Shown here: piece after piece, positions 23,549 to 36,400 of the stretch | Position numbering within the stretch: the first letter of the stretch is position 1 | Layout of the letters: each line of letters opens with the position of its first letter | Assembly: GCA_020137815.1 (NCBI GenBank) | Contig: CM035351.1 | Coordinates: forward strand, 3,534,001-3,598,000 | Source of the DNA: Hormiphora californensis | Lineage: Eukaryota; Animalia; Ctenophora | DNA length: 64,000 nucleotides | Direction: 5' to 3' | Program-made: the position numbers and the translations under genes | Notes under the pieces: generated by a model | Database searches by the model: none | The model's input: the letters and a program-made list of their open reading frames with translations, nothing else | Told to the model about the DNA's origin: nothing

Positions 23549-24873
23549 ATCACTGCGCTGGCAAGCGCAAAGGTGACCATCCCCTCCCCCCAGCCGCCCG
23601 TGCCAGAATGCAGTAATAACTTTTTTCAGTTTTTAGCCAAAAATGGCATTTTGCGAGGCCCATAGCGAGGCCCCCACTGCACCAATCAGTCTGAAATTTG
23701 GTATACAGTGTCACATAGTCTAGATCTACTGTAGTGTAAAAGGGCAAGTCTCTATCTCTTATTTAGTTTTAGAGATATGGCATCGTGAAAAAAGCAATAA
23801 GTGTCCCGGGTCTATCTATCTATCTATGTATCTATCTATCTATGTATCTATGGATAGACGCTATTTTACCAAATTTATAATCGTTTTTGAGAGAAAACAA
23901 CATAAGATAGACACTTCTCGTTTGTTGCATTCGAAAGATAATCGTTTGAATTGTGTAGACGAATATTTGTCATGTTCTAGGTCCAATCAGAACGTCTTGT
24001 CAAACTATCATAAACCAAATTTCTTTGAGCCCTGAAGACGGTTTCTGATTGAAAAACGGAGACCACACTTATGAAAGATAATCGTCTAAACTTTCAGAAA
24101 CTAAAGTCGGATTTTTTGAAGTTGTCACCCCCCTTTTCGTGCGCAGAATGTTTTTGTGCGTCACATCACAATTTCACATGCGCGGTCATTTTGGGGTGAC
24201 AACTTCAAAAAATCCGACTTTATATAGCGAATTTATGAAACTCTATTTCTATAGGTCTCAAATCGCGTCTGAAGTGTGAAGACTGTATAAAAATAGATAT
24301 GACGATAGTGCGTTTTTCGCCATAGTGACCTTAAATCTTGTCCAATCGATCTCAAACTTGGTCAGCCTCTTTATCTAGATGAGCCTGATAATAATACTTC
24401 CCTATCATGACGTTATAACGTCGTGAAGTCACGCTATGACGTCACAATGACGTTAAAATTGAAATTTTCGTATTTTAGCGATTCCTGACGGTCTTTACAC
24501 GTTCTGCTACGTCCAGAAATGTCTTACATTGTATTTCACACCAAAAATATACCCCAATTATGCCAAAAACTAACAGAAATTAGTTGGCTGGAAAGGTGAC
24601 CACTTCTGTTGTCAAACTGACACCTTTGCCCGGCCCGGGTTACGGATATCATCGATGGGGTAAATCAGGGGGTAAATCAGGTAGTTTGAGAAGAGAGAAG
24701 GAGAGAGATAGGAAGAAAGAGAGATAGAGAGAGAGAGAGAAAAAGAGAGATAGAGAGATAAAAATCAGAGAGGGAAAGATTATGATGAAACCCGGAGAGG
24801 GCAAAGGTGTCAGTTTGACAACAAAAGTGGTCACCTTTCCAGCCAACTAATTTCTGTTAGTTTTTGGTATAAT
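23549..24873 (+). mobile_element. Helentron/HINE-like non-autonomous element, family A copy 1
   Basis: 5' ATCAC-TGCGCT-GGCA-AGCGCA hairpin overlapping subTIR AAAGGTGACC; (TATC)n microsatellite; 3' GGTCACCTTT followed by hairpin AACTAA-N6-TTAGTT. Inverted arms of 75 bp at 24557-24631 and 24799-24873. Confidence 0.65.
24104..24220. mobile_element. Tiny TA-flanked MITE nested in family A copy 1
   Basis: TIRs aagtcggattttttgaagttgtcacccc and ggggtgacaacttcaaaaaatccgactt flanked by TA. The related family A copy near 26032-26058 lacks it (empty site). Confidence 0.75.
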
Positions 24874-25138
24874 TAATTAATGTATGTATCTTTTTAGAGT
24901 TCTCAATTCGTATATTTTATATTCATCATAATATATGCATATATAATATGCATGGAAGTCTTGTCAATAATTGAAATTGTGTCCGTCGCTGTGGCAGTCA
25001 CACCCTTCAATCACACGTCCCGTATATATGATAAAATCAGAGAAATCATGCCGTCCTTTGTTTATCAATAAGAGTTGAATTATGTGGCATGTGCCAGCTA
25101 TAACATTGGAGTATTCTGGATTATGTTTGTCGCCAGAA

Positions 25139-25432
25139 ATCACTGCGCTGGCAAGCGCAAAGGTGACCATCTCCCCCCTAACCGCGCGTGCCAGAATGCA
25201 GTATTAACTTTTTTCAGTTTTTAGCCAAAAATGGCATTTTGCGACGCCCATAGCGAGGCCCACACTGCACCGATCGTTCTGAATTTTGGTACACAGTGTC
25301 ACATAGTCTAGATCTACTGTAGTTTAAAAGGGCAAGTATAATGATGAAACCCGTAGAGGGCAAAGGTGTCAGTTTTCACAACAAAATGGTCACCTTTCCA
25401 GCCAACTAATTTCTGTTAGTTTTTGGCATAAT
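25139..25432 (+). mobile_element. Family A copy 2 (internally deleted), tandem with copy 3
   Basis: Same 5' end joined directly to the 3' subTIR/hairpin module. Confidence 0.65.
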
Positions 25433-25728
25433 ATCACTGCGCTGGCAAGCGCAAAGGTGGCCCCATCCCCCCCCCCCTAAAACTTTTCCCGAAAAAGTGG
25501 GCCCGCTTGCCAACAGCGTAGATATAACAATTTTGAAGTTTTAGCCCATTTTGGCACTTTTCGACCCCTCCTAACTCCGGAACCAGATGAGCTAGGAGGC
25601 TGAAATTTGGTACTAAGAAGCTTCACATAGACCTCTACTGACGGTAAAAATTTCAAGTGGCTAGCTCATTCTGATCGCAAGTTATGGCACCACCCCCAAA
25701 ACAGAAAATTCAGTGTGGCGATAGGTAT

Positions 25729-25771
<43 letters not shown>

Positions 25772-26628
25772 TAGACGCTTCACTGTGTAACACTTGTAGC
25801 TCGAACCATACTAGGTGGAGACTTGAACCAAGTTTGATCCGTTAGGAAATCGTTTGGGGCATGCATTAGTTAGGGTTTCGAGTGAAAATGTCCACTATGA
25901 CGACCGTAATGACGTCACAAAGTGACGTCATTGAAAAATCTCAGACCAAAGATTTTCAAACGCCTGTAACACCCTTAAGACGTATTCTGATTCCTGATTT
26001 GACGGAAAATCGTTAGTGGCAAATTGTCTGAACTTTCAGATACTATATCGTGATTTTCTCTAACTTGTCATTTTTAGACCTTAAAACGCGTCGGAACTCA
26101 AAATTTTGATGTGAAAATCTACACAAAAACTCACATTTCGTGCAATAACTTCAGTTCTTGACTACTGCTGCCTTTAAAACTTTCCACACGTTTAGTGCTT
26201 CATCGGCCGAATAGTCTGTCATCATTTTTTACGTCGTCGTGACGTCACATGTGACGTCACGACGTCAAAACGACGTCGAATTTTGAAAATTTCGTCAAAT
26301 CCGTTTCCTACAACCCAGGATACATTTGAATTACATTTGAACACTTTAGTTGACAATTATCTTAGTTGTTTGAGGTCATAAATGACCTCAAACGACCAAA
26401 AAAAGAGTACAAATTTAGAGCAAAAACTAATAGAAATTAGTTCGCCAGAAAGGTGGCCCATTTTGAACTTACTCCTTCATTTCCGTCACCTTTGAGTTGA
26501 GCCTTCAAAGACATTGAGTTACCCGTAAACTTTTCTGCCTTCAACTCAAAGGTGACGGAAATGAAGGAGTAAGTTCAAAATGGGCCACCTTTCTGGCGAA
26601 CTAATTTCTATTAGTTTTTGCTCTAAAT
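25433..26628 (+). mobile_element. Family A copy 3 (diverged subfamily)
   Basis: Same 5' hairpin, subTIR AAAGGTGGCCC and (GATA)n. Perfect 88-bp inverted repeat at 26413-26500 and 26541-26628. Confidence 0.65.
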
Positions 26629-26943
26629 ATTATATATAGATTCCTAAATCGGGGGATAGAAATGGATTAGTTATAAGGGAGCGTTCAAAGGCCTAGATAC
26701 TATCTTTATCTAGCTAGACACTATCTGCCTTCAGCTGCACTAATATATGTTATTTCTTCTTGCCGCTTTCTTCATATTCACTACATTATACCATTGCAGC
26801 ATACCAGCATACCAGCATACCAGTATTGAGTAAGCCGTGTAGCAAGCCTAGCAGAGAATGATCACAACTTAGAGCAAGCATAAATTATCACTGTATTTAG
26901 GTTCAGTTTGTAGGCCTGTGTGTTAGAGTTTGAACTATCATAC

Positions 26944-29520
26944 ATGATGTATAACACGACACGATGGACTTTAATTGGCTACGGAGGGTCCTGCACTTTT
27001 CTGACAATCCTCCTCAACTCTTTAGTGATAGCAGTTATCGTTCTGAAAGTGAGTATATTACTAGTCCCTTTGGAGGGTGAGATTCCTTCCCACGCCCTTG
27101 AGATGCAGGCCGCGGCTAATGTCTACTTTTTTAGATAGCAATAGTGTCCTACAGACCAGGCAGGGAATCTTCAGGGGTGACCCGGCATACCCCGGGGTAA
27201 ACCATGAAGCTCTTAAACTGCCTGGAGCATCTCACATACCACTCCAAGGAAACAGAGCTGCCCTCCTTGGGTGGTGTGTTTTTCTCTCTTCCTTTCTCTA
27301 ATCCGCTCATGACTCATCTCTCTCTGAATAGAGATACCCCCCGGCCGGTATTACACCATCTCCCCAGCCTTGTGCACTGGGCCAAAGTAGATGGCTAAAT
27401 ACCGGCCAAAACCCGTCCTCCAGCAAAAGTCTAGGCTGGAGGAGGTCTAATCTCAACTGGCCTTCCTCTACCTTCTGTCCACCTAGCCTCTGGACAGGTA
27501 TAAAAGGTCTAACAAGCTAGGTCATAACTGGTTAGCTACCACCGACTCTCGGCAAAATTCCCACGCCGAGGTCGAGATAAACTCAAGGGGTGTTTCCGTA
27601 GCCCAACAGGGAGAAACTACACTAACCAGTAGCCTCGCTACTACCTACGCTTCTTCAAAAGTCCATGAGAAGCGTAGGAGATTTCCAAATGGCGATTACC
27701 CCCCAAACGATGAAGGTAACAAACCAACATCATCCCTCTCTACCAACAAACAAGCCTCCACAAAAACCTGATCAACAAACAGAACAAACCACTATCCCAT
27801 GCTACAAACAAATTTCTATGAGTGACACACATAGATACCTAACCCACTAAACATTTCACACGCCAGAGTTCCGTTAATTGGGAAGGAACCTGCCCTAACT
27901 ACCCCATGAACGGCCGGACGCTGCATCTGCATCACGAACAAAAAGTGATGTTCCATGAACCCGCATGGAGTACTGATTACAAATCAGAGGTTGGCAGCGC
28001 AAAATCTACAAAGGTGCCATAGTCAATGGAGCGTCCGAATTGTCCTAGCCAAGGCCACATCTAAAGCGATCAATGCTGAGATGCCACTCACCAAGGATCG
28101 CTGGAGATATCCGAGACTGGCACAATGTGAAAACAGTGCTGGTGCGGTCCTCTTCATGGGACCTGTCAAGGCAGTTATGGGAGACGATTCCACCCTTATC
28201 TCCAAAACCATGGACACAAGACGGAGGAAGAAAACTCTCCCGGGGGAAAGAGGAAACTCTGGAACCTGAGCTCCGTCCTTCTCGGGCGTGAGGAACTGGC
28301 TGCCGGACGGGATAAAATCACAAGTAGAGGATTGGAAGCGGAGGCGCATACAACAACAACAACAACTAGTCCCTTTGAAGTTCTAGAGTGATTTTTGGTG
28401 ACTTTTTCAGGTTAAAATATCAAACGCTCCTGGCACCGTACCGATATTAACTGCCTCCTGTTTTGGTCTCCTATACGGGTTTGGATTTCTCCTGTTTCAT
28501 ACCATAGCATTGGTTGAAAAAGAGTGGCCTGGTTCTTTTGAGTGGTGCGTGACTGCCAGTATTCTTAGCTACTACATCGTGTACGGCATCATCTACAGCT
28601 CTACACTTGTCACACTAGAGGTAAGAGTAAGTTTTATAAAGGAGTAAAAATTTATTTATGAAGGAGCAGCTCTCAACGCAACGAAGAGCTTTTTATGAGG
28701 TCGTCACCATGAATAACTAGTATTCTATAACATTTCTCCCCGAATACAGATGGCCTACTTCATTTTCAATCCGCTGACGTACGACAGGAAAAGTTCCCTA
28801 AAGTATCTAATACTAGCTACTTGTGCTGTCTGGGGGATTCATCTTCCAATAATGTTATGTCACTACTTCCCTCTATTTCCTGAAAATATGAAGGCAACTC
28901 TGGTGAAAATTGGATCTTCTGAAGAAGATTTTGATGAGTTTGTAATAAAAAACAAGTATCCCTATTATGAAGACGAGAGCTACAGATTATGTGCGAGGTA
29001 TTGGATAGTAACATCAATTGACGAGACATTTCTGGTTCTGAACATTCTTGTTTTAAACTGCACTGCTTTTGGCCTCACTGTTGCGGCATTTTTCGCTATT
29101 ATTCGGAAAGTTTACTCAAGTAGGAGGATATTTGGAGATCGTGATAGTGATACTGCAGAAAGTCAAATTAGGATAAGGCGACAGAACACGAAATTAATAA
29201 AACGATCCGTCATAGTTTCCTCCTTCACTCTGTTACCATGGATGCCGAATCTTTTCGTTTCCATGTTCTCAATTGTTGCATCGATAGTCGATTACGACTG
29301 GTACAATAAAACAGTGAAAGGTATATTTGATGAATGGTTGGTCCTACAAGACGTTGCAGTGTTTCTTTACTACATAGTTCCCTGGATCTTCCCCCTCATA
29401 AACCTACTCATGGAACCAAACATCAGAAAAGGAATCAAAGCATTCAAGAGGTATACAAGGTTTTCTTTTTCTTCTTCTTGTAGGTTTTATAGCCCATTAA
29501 AACTGGATTTTGTTGAATAA
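26944..29520 (+). CDS. 7TM GPCR paralog 2 (exons 26944-27048, 28411-28620, 28750-29450 or read-through to 29520); last-exon acceptor mutated
   Basis: Close paralog of copies 3 and 4. The exon-4 acceptor has changed cag->caa and exon 4 carries CGA->TGA, so the C-tail is truncated or altered. Confidence 0.75.
27073..28364 (+). mobile_element. Non-autonomous retrotransposon with a structured 5' region, (CAA)n tail and 13-bp TSD, in GPCR2 intron 1
   Basis: TSD ACTAGTCCCTTTG at 27060-27072 and 28365-28377. The paralogous intron near 33185 has a single copy of the site. No RT ORF is present. Confidence 0.85.
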
Positions 29521-30006
29521 CACAATTTCTTTTCCAAAGATAAGGTAGCCCCAGTGATTCCTAAAAGAGATAGCATGGCAGGTGGAGCGGCATGAACCAC
29601 AAACTACAACACCAGTTAATCACGATGCAGAATAGAGTTTCGCCTAGATATAGATCTACCTTTTTACAATGTGAATCGACAATTTGTTTTCATCAAACCC
29701 ATGCACAAGATGATGCAGCAAGGAGACAATATCTTACATACGCGTGGACACAATATATATTATTTTGTATTTATGTACGCTTCCTAACAAGAGTGAATAA
29801 ACTGTCAATTATGCTGCTTTGAAACGTTATGAAGTTGTGAAATTATATATTATAGCTTCCTTCATATCGCCATTATTTATCGAGTCTTTGGTGTGCGTTT
29901 ACCATGTTACCCCACCCTGGTGGCTGGGACTCATCGTGTCCGAACAATAGGCCGTCACACAGGTAATTGTAATGATTATATGTATATAAAATTCTGTGAA
30001 GTGAAA

Positions 30007-30740
30007 CAAGATACACTAACTCTTCATATCCCTCAGAAAAAAGAAGAATCGAGTGAGAGCGACGATGAACGGATCTGTATTTCTTTCGAAAATGGCCAAC
30101 TCTGTCCGACAAAATCAGAACAAGAATAACTGCATTATGTTTCATAATGCTATGTTTCCCCGCCAACCTTTCATTCCTAACATGAAGGCGGGACAGACAA
30201 ATCGGATGATTTATAGATCACGGAAACAGTATAGAACAAATCCTTGTGTTTTAGTTTCACTAAATTGCACGCCACATTGCGGAATTGCGCGCCACACATT
30301 TCCTGAAAACGTTTCAATGAAGTGGTTTATGAAGGAGCAGGTTGTTGTTGTGTGTGCGGCTCTAGTTGCTACATGTTGCCCCTCGCAACCTGAAACGGGA
30401 CAAGAGAGCTGACTTGCTACACATAGTCACTATATCCGTTTAGATTTCTAAACCCCTATGCCTTTTTGCAAAAGGCATCCGGGTGAAAAATGATGACGCT
30501 CCGGCTACTATAAAGTTTCTGGAATATTTGGTGTGTTTATTAAATATTTATTCTCTAGTTATTGGTGTATTGGTAAATTGTTGATTACGAAAAGTTCATC
30601 AAACAACCTCAAACCTCATCCATACTATAAGCACCACTATCACACATGAATAATGATACATCCCAGTGGAGACAACTATAACAGTCTGGATAGTCAGTAG
30701 TCACTGCATCTATAGCTATAACAATACCATTAACCATCAT
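30007..30740 (+). pseudogene. Orphan duplicate of the GPCR1 last exon and 3' UTR, interrupted by a HINE
   Basis: Near-identical to 22784-23240 apart from the insertion and small deletions. Confidence 0.8.
30119..30487 (-). mobile_element. DINE-1/HINE-like element, family B (short copy)
   Basis: Inserted in an A-run (empty site cagaaaaatgatg at 22893-22905). On the - strand it ends with hairpin GCATTATG...CATAATGC followed by AGTTATTCTTG-TT, like DINE-1 ends. Homologous to 39817-40352. Confidence 0.7.
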
Positions 30741-30891
30741 CTAGCTATAGCTATATATATTATCTTCAGTTATATATGTAGAATATATATATATAGCTAT
30801 ACTATCATAAACTATCAGAATGAACAGTTGGGCTATAATAGCAGATAATTGTAAATCACGACATTATTGTGTATTAATTGTTATATGTACT

Positions 30892-32088
30892 ATTAAGCCA
30901 AAAACTAATTGGAATTAGTTGGCGGGAAAGGTGGCCCACTTACACCTTTTGCTGCTACCGGGTACCGCGAACTGTCATTCTCTTCGTCACGTCAGTATCT
31001 CAATCTCTCTCTCTCACCCTTTCTATTTCTCTATTTCACTCACCTCTTATATCCCTGATACATTTTAAAATAAAACCCGGCATCAGGCAAAGGTGTAAGT
31101 GGGCCACCTTTCCCGCCAACTAATTCCAATTAGTTTTTGGCTTAATTTAGGTCCCTTTTTGGTTTCTAATGTCAGTATGAAATTATTTCATGATGTAAAA
31201 TTGTTAAAATGATGTGTTATATGAGAAACGAGACGAATTTCTGTGAAAATCGTAATTTTGACGTCATTATGACGTCATCTGACGTAATTAGTGACGTCGT
31301 AACGACGTAATTGCATCACAATATATTTTGAATGAATACTCTGAAGGAGCTTGTAAAGTATCATTGACCACAGTGGTCAGGAAAGGGAGTTTTTGCTCGA
31401 AAAACGTTCATTTTACTGGATTTTTCGTCAAATTTTTGACTTCCGACGCGATTTAAGGGCTCAAAATGATGAGCTACGAAAATTAGCTATATTGTATCTG
31501 AAAGTTCAGACGATTTGCCGGTAACGATTTTTCGTCAAATTAGAAATCGGAACACGTCTTCAGGGTGCTAGAGGCGTTTGAAAAAAGTTAGTCGGTCTCG
31601 CGCAATGACGTCATTCGTGACGTCGTTGCGCGCGTCACAGGTAAGATGGAGAGTCGCCACCCAGATGGGTACATGCACGAGACAATTGTCTGTCGAATGC
31701 CGCTTGGTTTAAGGTCGTACGATGTCTGGTTCGTCTTAAACTGGGACCAAACGGAAGGTAACAAAGCGTCTATACATGTATGTATATATCAACCTAGTTA
31801 TCCCCACACTGAATTTTCTGTTTTGGGGGTGGTGTTATAACTTTTGAACAAAAAGAGCTAGCCACTTGAAATTTTTACCATCGATAGAGGTCTACAAGAA
31901 GCTTCTAAGTACAAAATTTCAGCTTCCTAGCTCTTCCGGTTCGGGAGTTATGGCATGTCAAAAAGTGCCAAAATGGGCTAAAAGTATGAAATAACTATAT
32001 ATACGCTGTGAGCAAGCGGGCCGTTTTTTGGGGGAATTTTTTTCGGGGGGTTGGATGGGGCCACCTTTGCGCTTGCCAGCGCAGTGAT
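30892..32088 (-). mobile_element. Family A copy 4 (third subfamily)
   Basis: Reverse-complement 5' end at 32059-32088. Inverted arms of 58 bp at 30892-30949 and 31089-31146. Confidence 0.65.
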
Positions 32089-32191
32089 CACCAACTAAAA
32101 GTTATAATCATCTGATAATTATCATCATATATAGATTATAGCAGCTACAATATGTTTATTTCCGCCTTTACACTGTCATTCGCTCAGTTTC

Positions 32192-32282
32192 TAGGCCTGT
32201 GTGTTAGAGTTTGAACTATCTTACACGCGGATAACGCGACACGATGGACATTAATTGCCTACGAACGGTCCTGTACTTTTCT
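32192..32282 (+). pseudogene. Remnant of GPCR exon 1
   Basis: Aligns to 26911-27002 (…ACG CGG ATA ACG CGA CAC GAT GGA…tcctgtacttttct) and is truncated. Confidence 0.6.
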
Positions 32283-33059
32283 TTTTAAGCTTCCTAAGCT
32301 TTGATCAACAAGAGTGAATATAGCTGTTTTAATTATGCTGCTTTTAAACGCTTTTAAAGATGTGAAATTATAGCTCCCCTCATGTCGAAATTATTTTTCG
32401 AGTTTCCTGAATTCACAAAACATAAGATTCACGTTGGTCTTCGGCTCAAAAGCCGTTTACATATAAGTTTACTGATTGGATAGCGACTAAAGTTTTTCCT
32501 GTATGCCACTTTTTCACTTTTTGAACTGATAATAATGAGGGAGAGCTGCAGTTGACGAGAGAAAGCGAGAAACAGAGGACAAGGAAGAGCCGAGATGAGG
32601 GAGGGAGAGAGAGACCATTGAACATTATAAATTCGCTAAAGGAAAGAGAGAGGGATACTACACAACAATGTTACATCTAACGATTCGCAGTGTTATAACT
32701 GAGAATTGTTATGTAGCATGTATCTATTAGAACTTAGCTATTTTTCTTCTCCCTAGCAGACAGTTGTCACTTGTCTCCCTTTTATGTATTATATATAGAT
32801 TCCTAAATAGGGGGGATAAAGAAAGGGATTAGTTATAAGGGAGAGTTCAAAGGCCTAGATACTATCTTTATCTAGCTAGACACTATCTTCCTTCAGCTGC
32901 GTTTCTTGCCGCTTTCTTCATATTCACTACATTATACCAGCATACCAGTATTGAGTAAGCCGTGTAGTAAGCCTAGCAGAGAATGATCATAGCTTAGCAT
33001 ACGTTTATACTGTTTGTTATAGGTTCAATTTGTAGACCTGTGTGCGAGAGTCTGAAATT

Positions 33060-34454
33060 ATGTCATACACGATGAATAACACGAAAGGAAGGACTTTAAT
33101 TGTCTACGAAGGGTCCTGTACTTTTCTGACAATCCTCCTCAACTCTTTAGTGATAGCAGTTATTGTTCTAAAAGTGAGTACATTACTAGTCCCTCTCAAG
33201 TTCTCCAGTGATTTTTGTGACTTTTTCAGGTTAAAATATCAAACGCCCCTGGCACCGTACCGATATTAACTGCCTCCTGTTTTGGTCTCCTATACGGGTT
33301 TGGATTTCTCCTGTTTCATACCATAGCATTGGTTGAAAATGAGTGGCCTGGTTCTTTTGAGTGGTGCGTGACTGCCAGTATTCTTAGCTACTACATCGTG
33401 TACGGCATCATCTACAGCTCTACACTTGTCACACTGGAGGTAAGAGATAGTACGTTTTATAAAGGAGTACAATTATATTTATGAAGGAGCAGCTCCCAAG
33501 AGCTTTTTATGAGGTTATCACCATGTAGCTCAATAGCTAACATTCTGTAACATTTCTCCCCCCAATATAGATGGCCTACTTCATTTTCAATCCGCTGACG
33601 TACGACAGGAAAAGTTCCCTAAAGTATCTAATACTAGCTACTTGTGCTGTCTGGGGGATTCATCTTCCAATAATGATATGTCACTACTTCCCTCTATTTC
33701 CTGAAAATATGAAGGCAACTGTGGAGAAACTTGGATATTCTGAAGAAATTTTTGAAAAGATTATAGAAAACAAGTTTCCCTATTATGAAAGCGAGTACTA
33801 CAAATTTTGTGCGAGGTATTGGATAGTAACATCAATTGACGAGACATTTCTGGTTCTGAACATTCTTGTTTTAAACTGCACTGCTTTTGGCCTCACTGTT
33901 GCGGCATTTTTCGCTATTATTCGGAAAGTTTACTCAAGTAGGAGGATATTTGGAGATCGTGATAGTGATACTGCAGAAAGTCAAATTAGGATAAGGCGAC
34001 AGAACACGAAATTAGTAAAACGATCCGTCATAGTTTCTTCCTTCACTCTGTTACCATGGCTGCCGAACCTTTTCATTTCCATTTTCGAAACTGTGGCATC
34101 GATAGTTGATTACGACTGGTACGTTAAAACAGTGAATGGTATGTTTGATGAATGGTTGGTCCTACTAGACGTTTCAGTGTTTCTTTACTACATAGTTCCC
34201 TGGATCTTCCCCCTTCTAAACCTACTCATGGAACCAAACATCAGAAAAGGAATCAAAGCATTTAGGAGGTTTGTTTTTTTCTTTTTCTTCTTCTTGTTAG
34301 GTTTTATAGCCCATTAAAACTGGATTATGTTGAATAACACGTTTGCATTTTCTCCTCCAGAGATAAAGTAGCCCCAGTTCCAGTGATGCCTAAAAGAGTT
34401 AGTATGGTAGCTCAAGGTGGAGCGGCACGAACCACAAACTACGACACCAGTTAA
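33060..34454 (+). CDS. 7TM GPCR paralog 3 (4 exons, apparently intact)
   Basis: MSYTMNNTKGRTLIVYEG...|VKISNAPG...TLE|MAYFIFNPLTY...FRR|DKVAPVPVMPKRVSMVAQGGAARTTNYDTS*. Confidence 0.85.
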
Positions 34455-34684
34455 TCACGATGCAGAATAGAGTTTCGCCTAGATATACATCTACCTTTTT
34501 ACAATGAGAATCGACAATTTGTTTTCATCAAACCCATGGACAGGATGATGCAGTAAGGAGACAATAACTTACATGTGGACACAATATATATTATTTTGTA
34601 GTTATATGTACGCTTCCTAACAAGAGTGAATAAACTGTCAATTATGCTGCTTTGAAACGTTATGAAGTCGTGAAATTATATATA

Positions 34685-35792
34685 CCGCGTGGCCCAAATT
34701 AAAGGGAGGGTACGTTGGCCTTCTTTTCACCCAGAAGTTTAATTTCAATCACTCTAATATTTTGACACAATGTCTGCATGGTTACTCATTCGAGGAATCC
34801 GAAGTTTCAGCCCTCTGGATAAAAGTTCATTTTTTTTCGACCTAATGAACATTGAATGAACACCAATATGGGACCATATTTCGGTACCAAAGTTTCACAA
34901 ATTTGTTTGGCTATCGATTTCCTTTCGAATGGGACCAGTTTGAGCTTAATTGGATCACCACAAGAATCACAGTGATCCGTTTTCTAAGCATTGGGTAAGT
35001 CATGTGATCCCCATCAAATTATGACGTGTTAGCAAGAGAGCTTACATATTAAAGGATGCTGTATCGGTACACCATTCTCATTAGCAGACGTGATACGTGA
35101 TACTCGACCGTTACACCTGCTTATTGGCACTTAGTAATGACGCTATCGTCTCATTAGGTGTCAGATGACCAAACCTAGGGTTAGATAACTAGACACTGTG
35201 TCTCTTGTGGTGGTCCAATTGAGCTCAAATTAGTCGCGTTTGAAAGGAAATCGATACCCGAAGGCGACTGTGAAATTCCGGTTCCAAAAAGCATTCCTTT
35301 TTTCAAGTTCATTCAGGATTCATTCCAGTCGGAAAAATGAATTTTAAGATAGAGAGCTTAAATTCCGGCTAACATCAAAATTGATCAAGTGTAGTGGCCG
35401 TACAGATTTTTAGCGCCTGAATTTACCGATTTCTCGTCAAAACAGGTCAAAATCGATGTTTGGTAAAAAATATCATCTTTAAATAACTTATTTCACCCAC
35501 TAAACTTGATTCAATTTTAATAAAAATGCAGATTGCCATTTGTTGATACTTGCTCTACTGTGTGGCGGTTTTTTAAATAATAAAATCGAATTTAATCAAG
35601 AGAAAACCTCAAAAAACCCGAAAAACGAAAATTTGAGTTCATTAATGAACTTTCAACTTTTATGATTTGAAACTTTGGATTCCTCGAATGAGTACCCATG
35701 CAGACATTGTGTCAAAATATCAGAGTGATTGGAATTAAACTTCTGGGTGAAAAGAAGGCCAACGTACCCTCCCTTTAATTTGGGCCACGCGG
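34685..35792. mobile_element. Tc1/mariner-type MITE with roughly 125-bp TIRs and a TA TSD
   Basis: TA-CCGCGTGGCCCAAATTAAAGGG...CCCTTTAATTTGGGCCACGCGG-TA. Empty site in the paralogous region near 29845. Confidence 0.85.
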
Positions 35793-36059
35793 TATTATAG
35801 CTCCCTTCATGTCGCCATTATTTTTCGAGTATTTTGTGTGCGTTTACCATGTCACCCCACCCTGGTGGCTGGGACTCATCGTGTCCGAACAATAGGCCGT
35901 CACACAGGTAATTGTCATGATTATATGTAAAATTCTGTGAAGTGAAACTGAAGTGAAGATGTAGTGGTGATAAAATCTCATGTCTCCCTCTCTCGTCCTC
36001 ATTCTCACCCGAGCACAAAAACAAACACCTACAATATCTACCTTCTCAGTTCTTACATA

Positions 36060-36400
36060 CAATTCGCTCACTCGCTGATCTCTCTTCTCTCTCTCAATCT
36101 TGTAACGATCAGATCCATCCTCTCAGCCCGTTCAACTACGATTTTATCTGGATAAATAAACACTGATTGAAAATTCTCTGAGTCCCTCAGCTGAGCCGAT
36201 TTGCCCAAAATAGTCCTTGCTCCTCAGACCTCAGTACCACTCTACGTACAATGTACATGCTCCTCTGCAATCCTCCTCCACAATCTATTGACCTCCGATA
36301 AAACAGGTGCCCCAGTCAGGTGCTGGAACAACTCTTTCAACTTATTAGTGTCGCTACCATCATCATACTCGGCTAACCCATATATTTGCAGATCGGTCAA
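36060..36400 (-). pseudogene. Degraded LINE ORF1-like relic
   Basis: Interrupted translation LQIYGLAEYDDGSDTNKLKELF...VNRL...RVVLRSEE/ARTILGKSAQLRDSENFQSVFIYPDKIVVERAER resembles the RRM/C-terminal region of CR1-group ORF1 proteins. Contains stops and frameshifts. Confidence 0.45.

Noticed and set aside
27073-27130. HDV-like ribozyme at the retroelement 5' end
   Set aside because: P1 with a G-U pair fits, but only 13 nt separate its strands, too few for P2+P3+L3, and no P1.1/J4-2 signature was found.
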